From positions 1 through 64,000 of the forward strand of contig NW_005434508.1 of NCBI RefSeq assembly GCF_000315625.1: a stretch of 64,000 nucleotides of DNA, given 5' to 3'. Of the stretch, positions 12,618-24,400 are shown piece by piece. How positions within the stretch are numbered: the first letter of the stretch is position 1; each line of letters opens with the position of its first letter. Position numbers and translations under genes: made by a program. The stretch is from Guillardia theta CCMP2712. Taxonomy: Eukaryota > Protista > Cryptophyta. A model generated the notes under the pieces. It ran no database searches. It was given only the letters and a program-made list of their open reading frames with translations, and was not told where the DNA came from.

Positions 12618-13797
12618 ATGCTCAGGGCCGTCCTTCTCCTCGCCGCCGCCGGCGTCTCTGCCGCCTTCGCCCCTGCTGCCCTCCCAGTCAATGCAGGATC
12701 CAGAGGTAGGATACCTTGTGGGATGAACGGGCCTGTCCCACGAGTGTGTCTTGGATGCTGACAAGCGATCTCTGTTGGTTAATGTGACGGGGTGTGGGAG
12801 GGTCTGCCAAGGGATCGACCCGAGCAGCCATTGATGGTTGGGATGGATGATTGAAAAATGATCGAATCAGATCATCCCTGTGATGTTGCTGTATCTTGTT
12901 GCGAGATCTCTCCGACCCGTCAATCTGTGAGGAAGGAGAAGACCCTGGTTCTGATTTCTCCCGACAGCTGCCATCGCTCGTGGACCCCGCATGCAGCAGA
13001 TGTCTGAGGCTATCCCATTCTTGGAGAAGCCCAAGAAGCTCGACTCCAGCATGCCAGGTGATCCCAGAGATCCGATTGCAATCTTGCTCGACGGCAGAAT
13101 GATGCTGGTGCAACAGGATACGCTGGATTTGATCCCCTCGGCTTCTCTGACTATTACGATGTCAAGTGGCTCCAGGAGGCCGAGATCAAGCACGGACGCA
13201 TCTGCATGCTTGCCGTCGTTGGCATGGTGATGAATGCTGGCCGACTTGCTGCTCTGACGGGGGCTGACGCTGTGACAGTTCCACCCTGAAATCGCTAAGC
13301 TCCCCCAGTTCGCTTCCTTCTCTACCAACCCCCTTGAGGCCTTCTATCAGCTCTCCTTTGCTGGATGGCTCCAGGTAGATGAAGCGAGCCGGTAAGGTCA
13401 GTGCCTTGCTCACGAGACTGCTCAGATCTTCGTCTTCATCGGCATCTGCGAGTCCTTCTCCTTCGAGAAGGTCTACTACACCGACAAGGCCCCTGGCGAC
13501 CTCGGGTTTGATCCCCTCCGCCTCGGATCCAACCCCGCTTCCCGCAAGTACTATGCTGTGAGTGTTTCTAGCTCGTTCTCCTGCCTTCCTCCTCACTCTC
13601 TAGCAGAACGCTGAGGTCAAGAACGGACGCCTTGCCATGATCGGATTCGGAGGAATGCTTCACCACGCTCTCTTGACCAAGATGGGACCCTTCCAGCAGA
13701 TTGCTGAGCAGAAATTCGTGAGTTTGCGCTTTCCCTGTGCTGGGCTAGGTCTAAGACGTATCTGCAGTACCCCACCGGATTCGCCGGTGGCTTCTAA
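12618..13797 (+). CDS. Chlorophyll a/c light-harvesting complex protein with bipartite plastid presequence; multi-exon
   Basis: [19 protein letters not shown] presequence; [22 protein letters not shown] (helix 1); [23 protein letters not shown] (helix 3); last exon YPTGFAGGF* ends at 13797. Confidence 0.96.
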
Positions 13798-13948
13798 GCG
13801 GTTGACTTGTCTTTGGGGATGTCCTGAGCTCCGGAGATTCTGCGTGTAGCTTGTGTGTGATTCTTTGTCTGATGTGATATGTACAATACATGCAGAACTT
13901 CGAGCAGAATCTTATGTTCCTCTGTGCTATCAAACATATCATTGCTTG

Positions 13949-16277
13949 CTACTTCGTCGAAGCGGCTTGCACTTGACAGTCAGGGCGTGATGGGCTGCAG
14001 GCCTTGAAGCAGACCGTTAGCATTTCACCATGTCGGCCAAAACCGTCTCACCTGACATAGATCTCGCAGGAGGAGAGTGTCTTGCATTGGATTCTTGCAC
14101 TCTCGCACTCACCTCGTCTTCGATCATCTGCCTTCCACGTCAGCACCTCCAGAGCTCGCAGCATCCCGAAGTTGCACTCCTGCCCCACCTTCCTGATCTC
14201 CGTGGAGGTCATGGAGTGCAGGCACCTCTCATAATCGAAATCGAAGGTCTTGAGGTTCATGTCAGGAATTTTCCTCCGATCCCCCGCAGCCTCACCTTGT
14301 CGCAGTCAGGCTCGCAGTTGGGGTCGTGCAGCTCTTGAAAAAATGGATGTTGGAGAGCCTGTCGAGACGAGCGAGTGAGAGAGGAGGAGGGCAGAAGGAG
14401 GAATCTTGCTGGATCTCTTGGAAAGGAGGAGGTTGTTTTCTGAGCGGGGGAGGTGGGGGGCGAGGGGGAAGGGGCGCGGAGGAGGTATGGGGGAGAAAGT
14501 GGGGACATATGAAGGGAAGGAGAGGGAGAGGGAGAGGGAGAGGGAGAGGGAGAGGGAGAGGGAGAGGAAGGGAGAAAGGGAGAGGGAGAGGGAGTGTGGC
14601 TTACAACGCCAGCCTTGGCCCTCTTCTTAGGGTTGAACTGAAGGAGCTGATGCAACAAGTCGATGGCCTCCTCGCTAGGGACGTGAGAGGACCAGTCAAA
14701 CTTCTTGTTGACCTCGACGACTGCAGCACTGTCAGCGTCCCAACATCAGCCCCCCGCCTCCTCCCACCCGACAGGAAGCGCACTGCGTTTTCGCACAGGT
14801 GTTCTTGATCCTCCCGGCTGGGTAAGCCAATCTTGCTGATCTGCAGCTTGATCATCCCAACATAGTCGTCCCCTGCCATCATCGCCAGTGTCAGGATGCT
14901 CGTGACTTGTTCATTCAAGTGTCGACCAGGGAAGGCGGGCTTCCTCAAGAAAAGCTCAGCCATGATGCAACCGACCTGCTCTATGGGTGAGCAGGCAATG
15001 AGATAGAAGTGCATGTCTTTTGTAGCAAGCACGACAGGAGAAGGAAGCAGAGAAAGCGTGAGAGAAGGAGTAGGACGAGGAGGACGGGGATGGCAAAGAG
15101 GAGAACATGAAGGACGAGGAGGAAGAAAGAAAAGGAGCACGGAGGAAAGGAGAAAAGAGAGGGGGAAGAGATGGGCAGCTGGCAGGAGAAGTTTGGAGGA
15201 GGGTGCTCCCCCCAACTCACTGCCCAGACGTCGATCGAGAAATCGTAGTCGAGAGAGCAGAGCAGGAGCTCAGGAGCTCGGTACCTTGAAACAAGGAGGT
15301 CACGGAAAGGTCGGAGGGACGGAGAGGAACGGGGGCTACCATCTCGTGACCACCTTCACTGTCAGTCGCTCTCCAAGCTGCGAGTCCACTGGCGACCTTG
15401 CCATCCCCTGAGCACGGACGTCAGGAGGGAAGGAGAGCAGGATCCGAGCAGGTGTGAGAGCTCGTGGAGAAGCAATAGCCGAGCGAGGAAGAGAGGAGGG
15501 AGATGATAAAGGAAGGGAAGGAAGGGATGGGACAGAGGTGGGAGGAGGTGAAAGTGGGAGGAACCGGAGGAAGCGAAGGAAAGGAGGAGGGAGGAAGTGA
15601 AAGAGGGAGGAAGCGGAGGAGGGGAGAAAGCGTCACATCATCTGTCTTACAAGGTCACAGATCTTGACGTCGCAGGCTGAGTTGACAAGAATGTTTCCGG
15701 GCTTGAGGTCGCGATGCATTACTTTGGCCGAGTGAAGGAACTTGAGGCCACGTAGGATCTGATACACAAAGAACTGAATGTGCTGGACGGTCAGGGGCTG
15801 CTTTGAGTAGATGACTGAGTGAAGACTGGTGTCCATCAGCTCCGTTACAAAGTACAGGTGCTTGTCCTTCCCGTCAATGAAGACATCCACAAGGGAAACG
15901 ATGTTGTCATGCCCGCTGAAGTGCTGCAGCATCTTCAGCTCTCGCAGGATCATCTTGGCAACGCTCTCCCTTATCTCCCCATCTGCATAGTCCTTGATCT
16001 TCTTGATCGCAACGGGCGAGCTGTCCTCGATGTTTCGTGCGGCGAACACTACCCCGTACTCTCCCTCCCCCACCACCCGATCGATCTCATACCTGCTCAA
16101 CACGTAGGAGGAGACTATGAAGCCTCCAGCTTCACTCCGTGACATGCTAGACACTCAGCAAGGTTGATGGACACGCGAGTGGATGAAGAAAGGAGGCAAA
16201 AAGGCCAGAACAAGACACATGAACAAGAAGAGCCGTGTGAGAGAATCTCAGCCCTTCTGCGTCAGAATCTCTTCCAT
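13949..16277 (-). CDS. Mitogen-activated protein kinase family member with atypical activation loop; multi-exon; ends approximate
   Basis: GEGEYG, VAIKKI, LRELKML, LTVQHIQFFVYQILRGLKFLHSAKVMHRDLKPGNILVNSACDVKICDL|GMAR..VVTRW|YRAPELLL..IDVWAVGCIMAEL..ALQHPFFQELHDP. Confidence 0.92.
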
Positions 16278-16933
16278 GATCTTCACAACGACGACGGATT
16301 CAGATAAAGAAGGAGTCAAATCAATCAATCTGATGTCGAGCTAGAACTTGCCCTCGTTGGCAAATCTGGCATAAACCACTTCGAACTTCTGATTGAACAA
16401 GGTCAGTGGTCAATCGAGAACATAGAACTGAAAGTTCCATCCAGCACAGTATCAGGCCAACTCGCCTTGTCTCGTGTCCTCACTCTGCATGTCTTGCTTC
16501 TAGTCCTTCTCCCTCCTCTCTCCATGGCGTGCTGTCTTTCTTTGACCTCCTCCCTTCTCCCGCTCCTACCGACTCTTTCGTTTGGATTGCATCACGCAGG
16601 ACTTTTCTCAATAATTTAGAAATCCATGGTACAAACTATTGTACCAAAAACGAACTTTCCCACATTTTTTTGTACTGTAAATAAATGAATCCGTATCTAA
16701 AATCGATATAGAGCCTTCCTTATAAAGTCTTTTGTATTCTGTGATTCACTCTCTGGTAGTAGAATGTACTGCATCGTTAACTTAGAAGCTACCACAGTAC
16801 CACCCTCAAAGTTAACACTGCAGCAATAGTAGTAAAAAAAATGCAACTTATAGCCCCCTTTTAACTTTGAGTAAATTGCCCGCCCCCGGGCAGCCCGGCC
16901 CGCCGTTCGGACTCCGGCGCGGCCGCCCGAGTA

Positions 16934-17250
16934 TTTACTCAAAGTTAAGTTAAAATCAGTACGAGGACAATCAGGAGAGTCGAGGAGGCTTGACCCGACA
17001 CTGTCGCACAGGCCAAACGGCGAGAAGAGAAAAGACAGCGAGAACCAAACCCACTGGCTTAACTGATACCTTCCCGGCTTAACTGCCGCAGTGCGCGCAG
17101 GACAAGTACGGTCCCCCGCTCCGCCATGCCAGCGATGTCGCCGCTGTGGCCGCCGGGGCGGCCGAAGGAACTTGAGACGCATACCGGGATGTCATCCGGG
17201 CGTGCCGCGGCCCGGCGGCCGGATAAGTTTTTAACTTAACTTTGAGTAAA
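16934..17250. mobile_element. MITE-like element with 22-bp terminal inverted repeats; partial relatives at ~42725-42770 and ~56750-56810
   Basis: tttactcaaagttaagttaaaa (16934-16955) is the exact reverse complement of ttttaacttaactttgagtaaa (17229-17250); its left ~60 bp recur at 56750; no clear TSD. Confidence 0.6.
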
Positions 17251-17596
17251 CTTTAAGTACCTTAAACGATAAGTTGGTTCTTCAAAGTTAACGGTTTGAC
17301 TTAAAACTGTCACCGCCTTTCAAAAGCCTGTTTTATCCGAAGTTCTCGCCGTGAGTGGTCACTGCCACGGTTGCCCCACCGGCTACCGTAGTGACGGTGA
17401 GTGACTTCAAGTCAGGGTCAATACTACCGTAATCAAGAGGCCACGGTGCGTGACTCAGTGAGGTGAGTACGTGGCACTGCAGGAATTACTCAGGCCCTCA
17501 CGGACTCCCCGCCTCCCGGTGACCCTTCGGGCCCGGGGGCCTGGCCCCCGGCCGGGGGCCCGGGCCGGGCCCGGCCCGGCGGGCCGGGTGGGTTGA

Positions 17597-17696
17597 NNNN
17601 NNNNNNNNNNNNNNNNNNNNNNNNNNNNNNNNNNNNNNNNNNNNNNNNNNNNNNNNNNNNNNNNNNNNNNNNNNNNNNNNNNNNNNNNNNNNNNNN
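17597..17696. other. Assembly gap (100 N)
   Basis: N run. Confidence 1.
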
Positions 17697-17749
17697 CGCC
17701 CGGTCTATTCGATCCTTTCGCTCCGTGTGCGTGCTAATATCTTATCAAG

Positions 17750-18403
17750 GGCTGGTCGGGGGCCCTCCCCCTCCGTCCATGGCTGGCCTTCCTCCTCCTC
17801 CTCCTGGAGGCGGCCCTCCTCCTCCCCCCGCCTCTCAGTTTCCTCCTCCTCCGCCCGATGGAGCTTCGTCACAAGGTACGCTCAGGGCACGGCTTGCATC
17901 CGTCTCCTCCTCCTCGCTTTCCTCCCGCTCCCGCTCCCGCTCCCCTTCGTTCCCATCCTCCTTCCTCTGTATCTCCCTGTCAGCGTCCCTTTCCTTCGTC
18001 TTGGATTGTTGCCCTACAATGTGTTTATTTCTTCTCCAAGGTATGTATCCTCCTCCGCCAGGGAACTTTCCACCTCCCCCTCCTGGGGGTCAGGGTGTAC
18101 CTCCTCCTCCTGGTAAGCTCTGCTGCAAGACTGCTGCTGAAGAATCCTCCCCCTTCCGCGCCCTCCTATCACGCTCCTCTCCTCGTCCTCCCCTCTTCTG
18201 CTCCCCATCTGTCGTCTTGACTTACTCCCTTGCACTCTCCTTCCTACCCTCCTTCCATCTGACCAACTGTCTGCTAGGCGGATGGCAGGGGCAACCAGGA
18301 GGTTGGCAGCAGAGTCAGGCGCCTCCTCCTCCTGGCTGGGGTGGGCCGCCAGGAATGCCGCCGGGTCAAGGATTTCCTCCTCAGGTGAGATCCAAGGAGA
18401 CAT

Positions 18404-18460
<57 letters not shown>

Positions 18461-19168
18461 CGACGACGACGAGGATGATGACGACGACGGCGACTACGAC
18501 GATGGAGATGATGATGATTGTGATGATTGTGATGATGATGAAGAAGAAGAAGGGGATGTGGCTGATGGGGATGATTTATGGAGGGTTAGAAATTAAGCGT
18601 GTCTGCTGATCAGGAGAGGAGGAGGAGAATTGATGAAACATTCTTCATCTCATGTTTTTCTTGCAGGGATGGCAAGGCGGGCAGCAGCCTCCAGGTCATA
18701 TTTTACCAGCTTCTCCCTCTGCTTCGCCATTGCTCCTGCCCTTTCTCACCCTCTCCGACCTCTCTCCGCTTGCTGCTCTCGTTCTCCTCTCCCTCTTCCC
18801 TCCCCCTCCTCCCCTTGTCTCCTTGTCTCCTGTTCTCCTCTGCTCCTCTTTCTCCATTCTCCTCCATCGTCGATGTTGCTGCTGATTTGTTCCCGGCTCA
18901 TCCTTCCCTCTCCTGATGCTCTCTTGCAGGATGGAGGCCTCCTGGTCAGGGTCCCCCAGGTTCGATCCTCCTCCTCCTCCTCCTCCCTCGCTTCCTCGCT
19001 CCCTCCCTCGCTTCCTCGCTCCCTCCCTCCCTCCCTCCCTCGCTCCTGCCTGATTCCATGGCAGGGATGGCGCCGCCAGGATGGCCAGGACCTCCCGGGC
19101 AGGGCATGCCTCCTCCTCCTCCTCCGGGCATGCCTCCTCCTCCCCCGCCTGGTGCTCCTCCTATGTGA
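17750..19168 (+). CDS. 3' exons of a Pro/Gly/Trp-rich protein (splicing-factor-like C-terminal tail); 5' end probably lost in the gap
   Basis: Spliced exons give GGPPPPSMAGLPPPPPGG..GMYPPPPGNFPPPPPGG..GWQGQPGGWQQ..GWRPPGWPGPPGQGMPPPPPPGMPPPPPPGAPPM*. Confidence 0.7.
18405..18545. repeat. (GAT/GAC)n intronic microsatellite; similar (GAT)n at 309-360
   Basis: Direct trinucleotide run. Confidence 0.95.
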
Positions 19169-19224
19169 AGATCTCAGCAAGGAGTGCGCGAATAAGTTCA
19201 ATGAAAGTGGCAGAGTTTGGTATC

Positions 19225-19342
19225 TCACGCCTTCTCCCTCTTCCTTGCCAGCTGCTCCAGCGCCATCAGTCGCTCCTCCTCTGACATGTCAGTCCCGATG
19301 AAGGCCTCTTTCAGCTCCTCCCAGCGGCTCCCGTTTTCTCTT

Positions 19343-19400
<58 letters not shown>

Positions 19401-21438
19401 GTACTATTCTGCCGATGCATCGCAGGAGCTCAAGTTTGTCGTTTCTTTGTGCGGTCCTGTCGAGGAGCTGGAGAAGATCCTCAAGTAGCCCGAGAGGCTG
19501 CGGGAGGAGGATGACTAGACGCTCGAGCGCCTTTGTTACTGCCTCCTTCACCTACAGGCGAGCAAGGGAGTGGAGTGAGAGTTGAAGAGCGACAGGCAAG
19601 AGCAGGAGAAGGAGGAAGGGCAGGATGGGGTAAGAGGAGCAGGAGGATGGGGAGAGGAGGAGCGCGGTGATGGCTGGGAGGAAGCACATACAGGTGAAGG
19701 AGTTTTGAGTAGAGGAGAAGTAGAAGCTCGGATGGAGGGAGAGGGCAAAGGAGGAGGAGGAGGAGGAAAAGACAGGGCAGAGCAGGAAGAGAGGAAGTTT
19801 GGATGGAGGAGGAGAAGGTCGTCACCTCAGATTCTTGATCGAGGATGGCGCGGAGGAGGATGACTTGCAGTTGGGGGAAGAAGAGCTGAGAAAATGAGGT
19901 GAGGAAAGCTGAGAAAATAGACGATATATACCTTGATGGATTTTGTGTGAGCGGGAGAGAGGAGGTAAGAAAGAGAGTCCAAGATTGCAACCTGAGCAAA
20001 GCAAGTTGAGTGATAGCTTAGGGAGTAGATGAAGGAGAAAAAGGAGGCAGAAGGGGAAAGGGGATGGATCAGAGGCAGCAAAAAGAGGAGGAAGAGGAGG
20101 AGGAAGCGGAGGAGGAAGCGGCGGCGGCGGCGGCGGCGGCGGTGGAGGTGGAGGAGGTGGAGGAGGAAGAGGAGGAGGAGGAGAACAAGGAGGAGGAGAA
20201 CAAGGAGGAGAAGGTGGTGGTGGTGGAGGAGGAGAACACAGAGGAGGAGGAGGAACAGGCAGGAGACGAACCTTTGTGGCTGTTAACATGCGATCCGAGT
20301 ATGATCTGATGAGAGTGGCTGTGCATTTGGAGGCTGCTTGCCGAAGTTGATCTGGAGAGAACTGAAAGATTGTGATGAGAAGAGAGGAAAGAGGGAGCGG
20401 GAGGAGTAGAGACCTGTCGCATCAACAACAGGATCCATTTGGCCGCCTCCTCTTTCTCGAAATTTTCTCTGTCTTCCTCTTCCTGAGCAGGTCGCAGCAG
20501 GATTGCCATGGGGAAGGAGGAGATGGCAATGATGGAAGAGGGAGAGAGCTGGTTGCTGCGAAAGAATCAGTCTGCAAGCCTCCCTCCTCCTCCTCCTCCT
20601 CCTCCTCCTCCTCCTCCTCACTTGTTTTGTTCCTTCGCCTCCCACACTTCGTGGACGATCAGGCTTGTCACATGGTGCAAACTCTGAGCAACGTGCGGCC
20701 TGAGCGTCATGAGAGTCTTCTCAGCTGCAACGGCGACGGTCGCGTCCTTGCGGTAGAGGAGCTTGACGACGTTGGAGAAGATTCGCTTCAGTTTCCTGCA
20801 GACATGGAAGTTACTTGGACAGCATGAGAGGACAGGGCAGCGTGCGAGGCTGGTCACATTGCGCCGGAGAGTTTTTGCGAGCTCGCGGCAAGGGGAGCAA
20901 GGTTGTCAAAGATGGCAAGGGCGAGCAAGACTTTCATGTCCTGACGGGGAGGTCAGCACAAGGAGTCCACAACCCTCAGGTCACCTCCTGCTCCTCCTCC
21001 AGCAGGGAGATACTTTGCTCCAACATCTCACTCGAGCTCGAGGTGACCTGTGGGTCGCCGCACATGAGCAGCTCAGCAAACGTGACTGACATGTGACTGG
21101 CAATCTTCGTCATCCTCTGCGCTTCCTGCTCCTCCACATTCCCGTGTCGGCTGACGATCTCGAACAGTCGCTGAAGGCCGTCGAAGACAACCAGCATGTG
21201 GTCGACGAGGAAAGACCGCGAAGCCTGAATCGTCTCGTGCACGAGAAACAGAACCTTGAGGTGATTGGACGAAGAAGAAGAGGAGAGGAAGTTTCCAATC
21301 TCCAAGAAGAAGAGAGGCAAGGTCACCTCAGGGGCGTTGGACGCCAGATACATGAAGTTGCGATATGAAGAAGATGCGCAAATGTCTTGTCGGATGTGAT
21401 GGCCAATCATTTCATCGATCAGACTGCTTTCTTCGTCG

Positions 21439-21482
<44 letters not shown>

Positions 21483-24400
21483 TTGCTCCTGCTCTTGCTC
21501 CTGCTTCTCTTGGTACTCCTGCTCCTGCTCCGCTTCTTCAGGTGACTCATAACCCGCTTTCTCATGATGATCCAGGAAGATTTTGTGGAGGAGGTTTGTG
21601 ACGACTATCTTGGCAATTACCATCTTCTTAGACTCCAGCGTCTTGATGAGGGAAACGCACTCCATCCTGACCCGCTCTTGTCGCTGCTCTATGTTGGCAG
21701 CGATCGCTTCCTTCATGTGCGAGATCAAGACCTCAAGCTGCGCGCGATGTGCTCCCTCCGCGATCGCTCTGGTGACCTCCATCACTGAAAGTTTCTCCCT
21801 CGTTGAGATGCCAGGTGATTGGTCCAGAGCTCTCACATGCTTGACGACCTTCAAGAACATCTCGTCTCCTGCAAGGTTGTTTTCACGGTTCGCAAAACGA
21901 CATGTGATCTCATTCACAGCTGCCAGGCATCGCTCCCTCTTGGCACTGACCAGCACCGTTGCATCTTCATCGCCATCATCGTCATCCCGCAGCTCCTTCT
22001 CGCGCGTCTCTCGGTCCCTTGCGAGCAAGAAGACGATGCGGTCAGTGATTCTTCCCACAAGCCGGAAGACGGTGTGCACAGAGCTGGAAGCAAAGGACCT
22101 CCAGACTGTGTTGGCCCTTGTCCTGACATCATCGTTGCTGTCGTGCTGGAGGACAAACGTCTCGACCATAAGATCGTCTTTGACTTTCTCGTCCAAGTTG
22201 TTCAGCATCGTACTCTCAGTACTGACATGCAGCCTTGCAGTCTTGCTGGGCACCTCTTGCTCCGTCTCCGCTGACTGTTTCACGTGGGAGATGCAGAGAC
22301 TTAGCAGCTGCATTGTTGCTGCCTCCGCACGTGCACTGAGATCGAACTCGACCAGATTCTTAGCCACACAGTCGAAGAACAAGTTCAACTCCCTCCATTG
22401 CCGCTGCGCCACCGCGACTTGGAAGGAGTCCTTGAAGATGGCAAGCGACGTCTGTACCGCCGCCTCCCTCATCGCCTGCTCCTCTGCGCGCAAGGTCGCT
22501 ATCGATATCTTCATGAAGTCTTCCACCACCTTCCTCCTCCCTCCTCCCTCCAAGTGCACCAGCAACTCGTCGATCAGCTTGAGCCTACCTCCGTCAGCAG
22601 GAGGAACCTCCACGAACTTCGCGCTGGCAACGAGCTCCGCCCGTCCCAGCATGCGCCTGAGCTCCTCCTCCTGCATCTCCTTCATCGCCAGCGCCAGGCT
22701 AGCAGCAGCTCCGCTCCTCTCCAACAGGTTCCCCTCGAGCAGGCGCTCGAACAGCTGATCTGTCATGAGGTCCGGCTCCAGCCGCTCGTCCAAGAGACTC
22801 CTGGCGACCGCAAGGCAGGCGACTTCCCTGACAGACGGGTCGTAGTCCGTGCTCGCCTCAAAGATCATTCTCTTCATCTCCCTGTCCATCCCTGTCAGGG
22901 TTGACCTCCGAGTCTTCGTTAGTAGCGCCCCTGCCAGCGCTACCGCACACCTCCTGCTCCCCGCGTCGAGCTCCCTTACGGCGCGGGAGACAGGGAGGAG
23001 TAGGAGGGAGAGGGAGGCTTCGTCGAGAGAGGAGGGAATTTCAAGGCTGAGAAGAGACAAGAGCACGTCTGAGGAAGAGGAGGAGGAGGAGGAGGAGGAG
23101 TGAACGGCTTTCTGTGAGGTGATGATTGAAGGAGCAAGCACGCGCATCTCGCTGTTCCGGAGGAGGGAAGAGATGTTGAGCATGGCGTGCTCGGCGAGCT
23201 GAGCAACTTCAGGATGTCCGTCGGAGATGAGGGAGAAGAGGTTGTTACAGATGTCAAACATCAACGACGTGAGATGCCGCGAGCACCTGCGAGAGCAACA
23301 ACGAGAGTCATGCGAGAGGTGAAACAGCGGAATGAGACTGATTGCAACATCTGGTGGGAAAGATGCAATGATAATACATTCAAGATCCTCCCAAGATCCT
23401 CTACCATACTCGAACAAGTCCCAACACAACTTCACCTCTTCACGATGTTAGCAAGGAGCTCAATCATCGCACATTTGCTTCGCCAGTGAACAGCCTGGTC
23501 CTTGATTTTCTCCAACAGCCACTGCAAGTTGACGTGAGAACTCCTGTAGATTATTTCGATAGGTTACATACGGGTGTCAAGATCTTCGCAGAGCTGCCGG
23601 AGATGCATGTTGAGAAAATGTCCGACGCCTCCAACGCTGCTTTTCTTGCTGCAAGAAGAAGTGAGATCGAAAACCAAGTCCGAGTTAGAGGACGGACAAG
23701 AGTTTCAGCAGGGGATATAGTGTAGAAAATTATCGATATGTACAGGAGAAGGTGGAGAGATGAGATGTGGAGGGGGTTAGCAGAAGCAGGAGGAAAGAGA
23801 ATGGGGATGCTGAGGAGAGGAGAGGAGAGGAGAGGAGAGGAGAGGAGAGGAGAGGAGAGGAGAGGAGAACGTGGACGGGTGAACACCTTGCGAAAGAGGC
23901 AGGAGAGAACAATGAGAGGGAAGAAATGGACGAGGAGAAGAGAGGAAAAGGGCCGGGAGGAGGAAGCGGAGGAGGAAGGAGATAGAGGAGAGGCAAGACA
24001 AGGAGCTATAGGGTAGCTGTCATGTTATCAAAGAGCGCAAGGGCCCGTTCTCACCTCCTTTGCTCATGTCGGCGTAGTCAAGGAGGACGTGCTGAACGAT
24101 AGGGAGAGCAAAGGGCTCGAACCTCTTGCCGAGTACAAGGAGAAGAGCAGAGAAGAGCGCGAGGGATCGTATCTTTGTAGACATGTGCGAGTCCTGGAGC
24201 CACTCGCTGATCAGCTTCTCCATCCTCCACCTGTGTAGCAGGGCAGGCTGCATGCCCTTCATGATCCCAGCGATGCAGAGCGCTGCACTCCTCTGCTTGT
24301 CCTCGTCCTCAGCCACGAGGAGGGCTCCGACAAGCTCGTCCCTTGTCTTCATCGCCTCCTCCTCTTCCTCCTTCTCAGCTTGCTTCGAGAATGCCAGGAT

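Noticed and set aside
21583-22758. 391-aa plus-strand ORF (also 37206-38267 and the many ORFs overlapping the proteases)
   Set aside because: Antisense or alternate-frame shadows of GC-rich coding exons; no domain signal.
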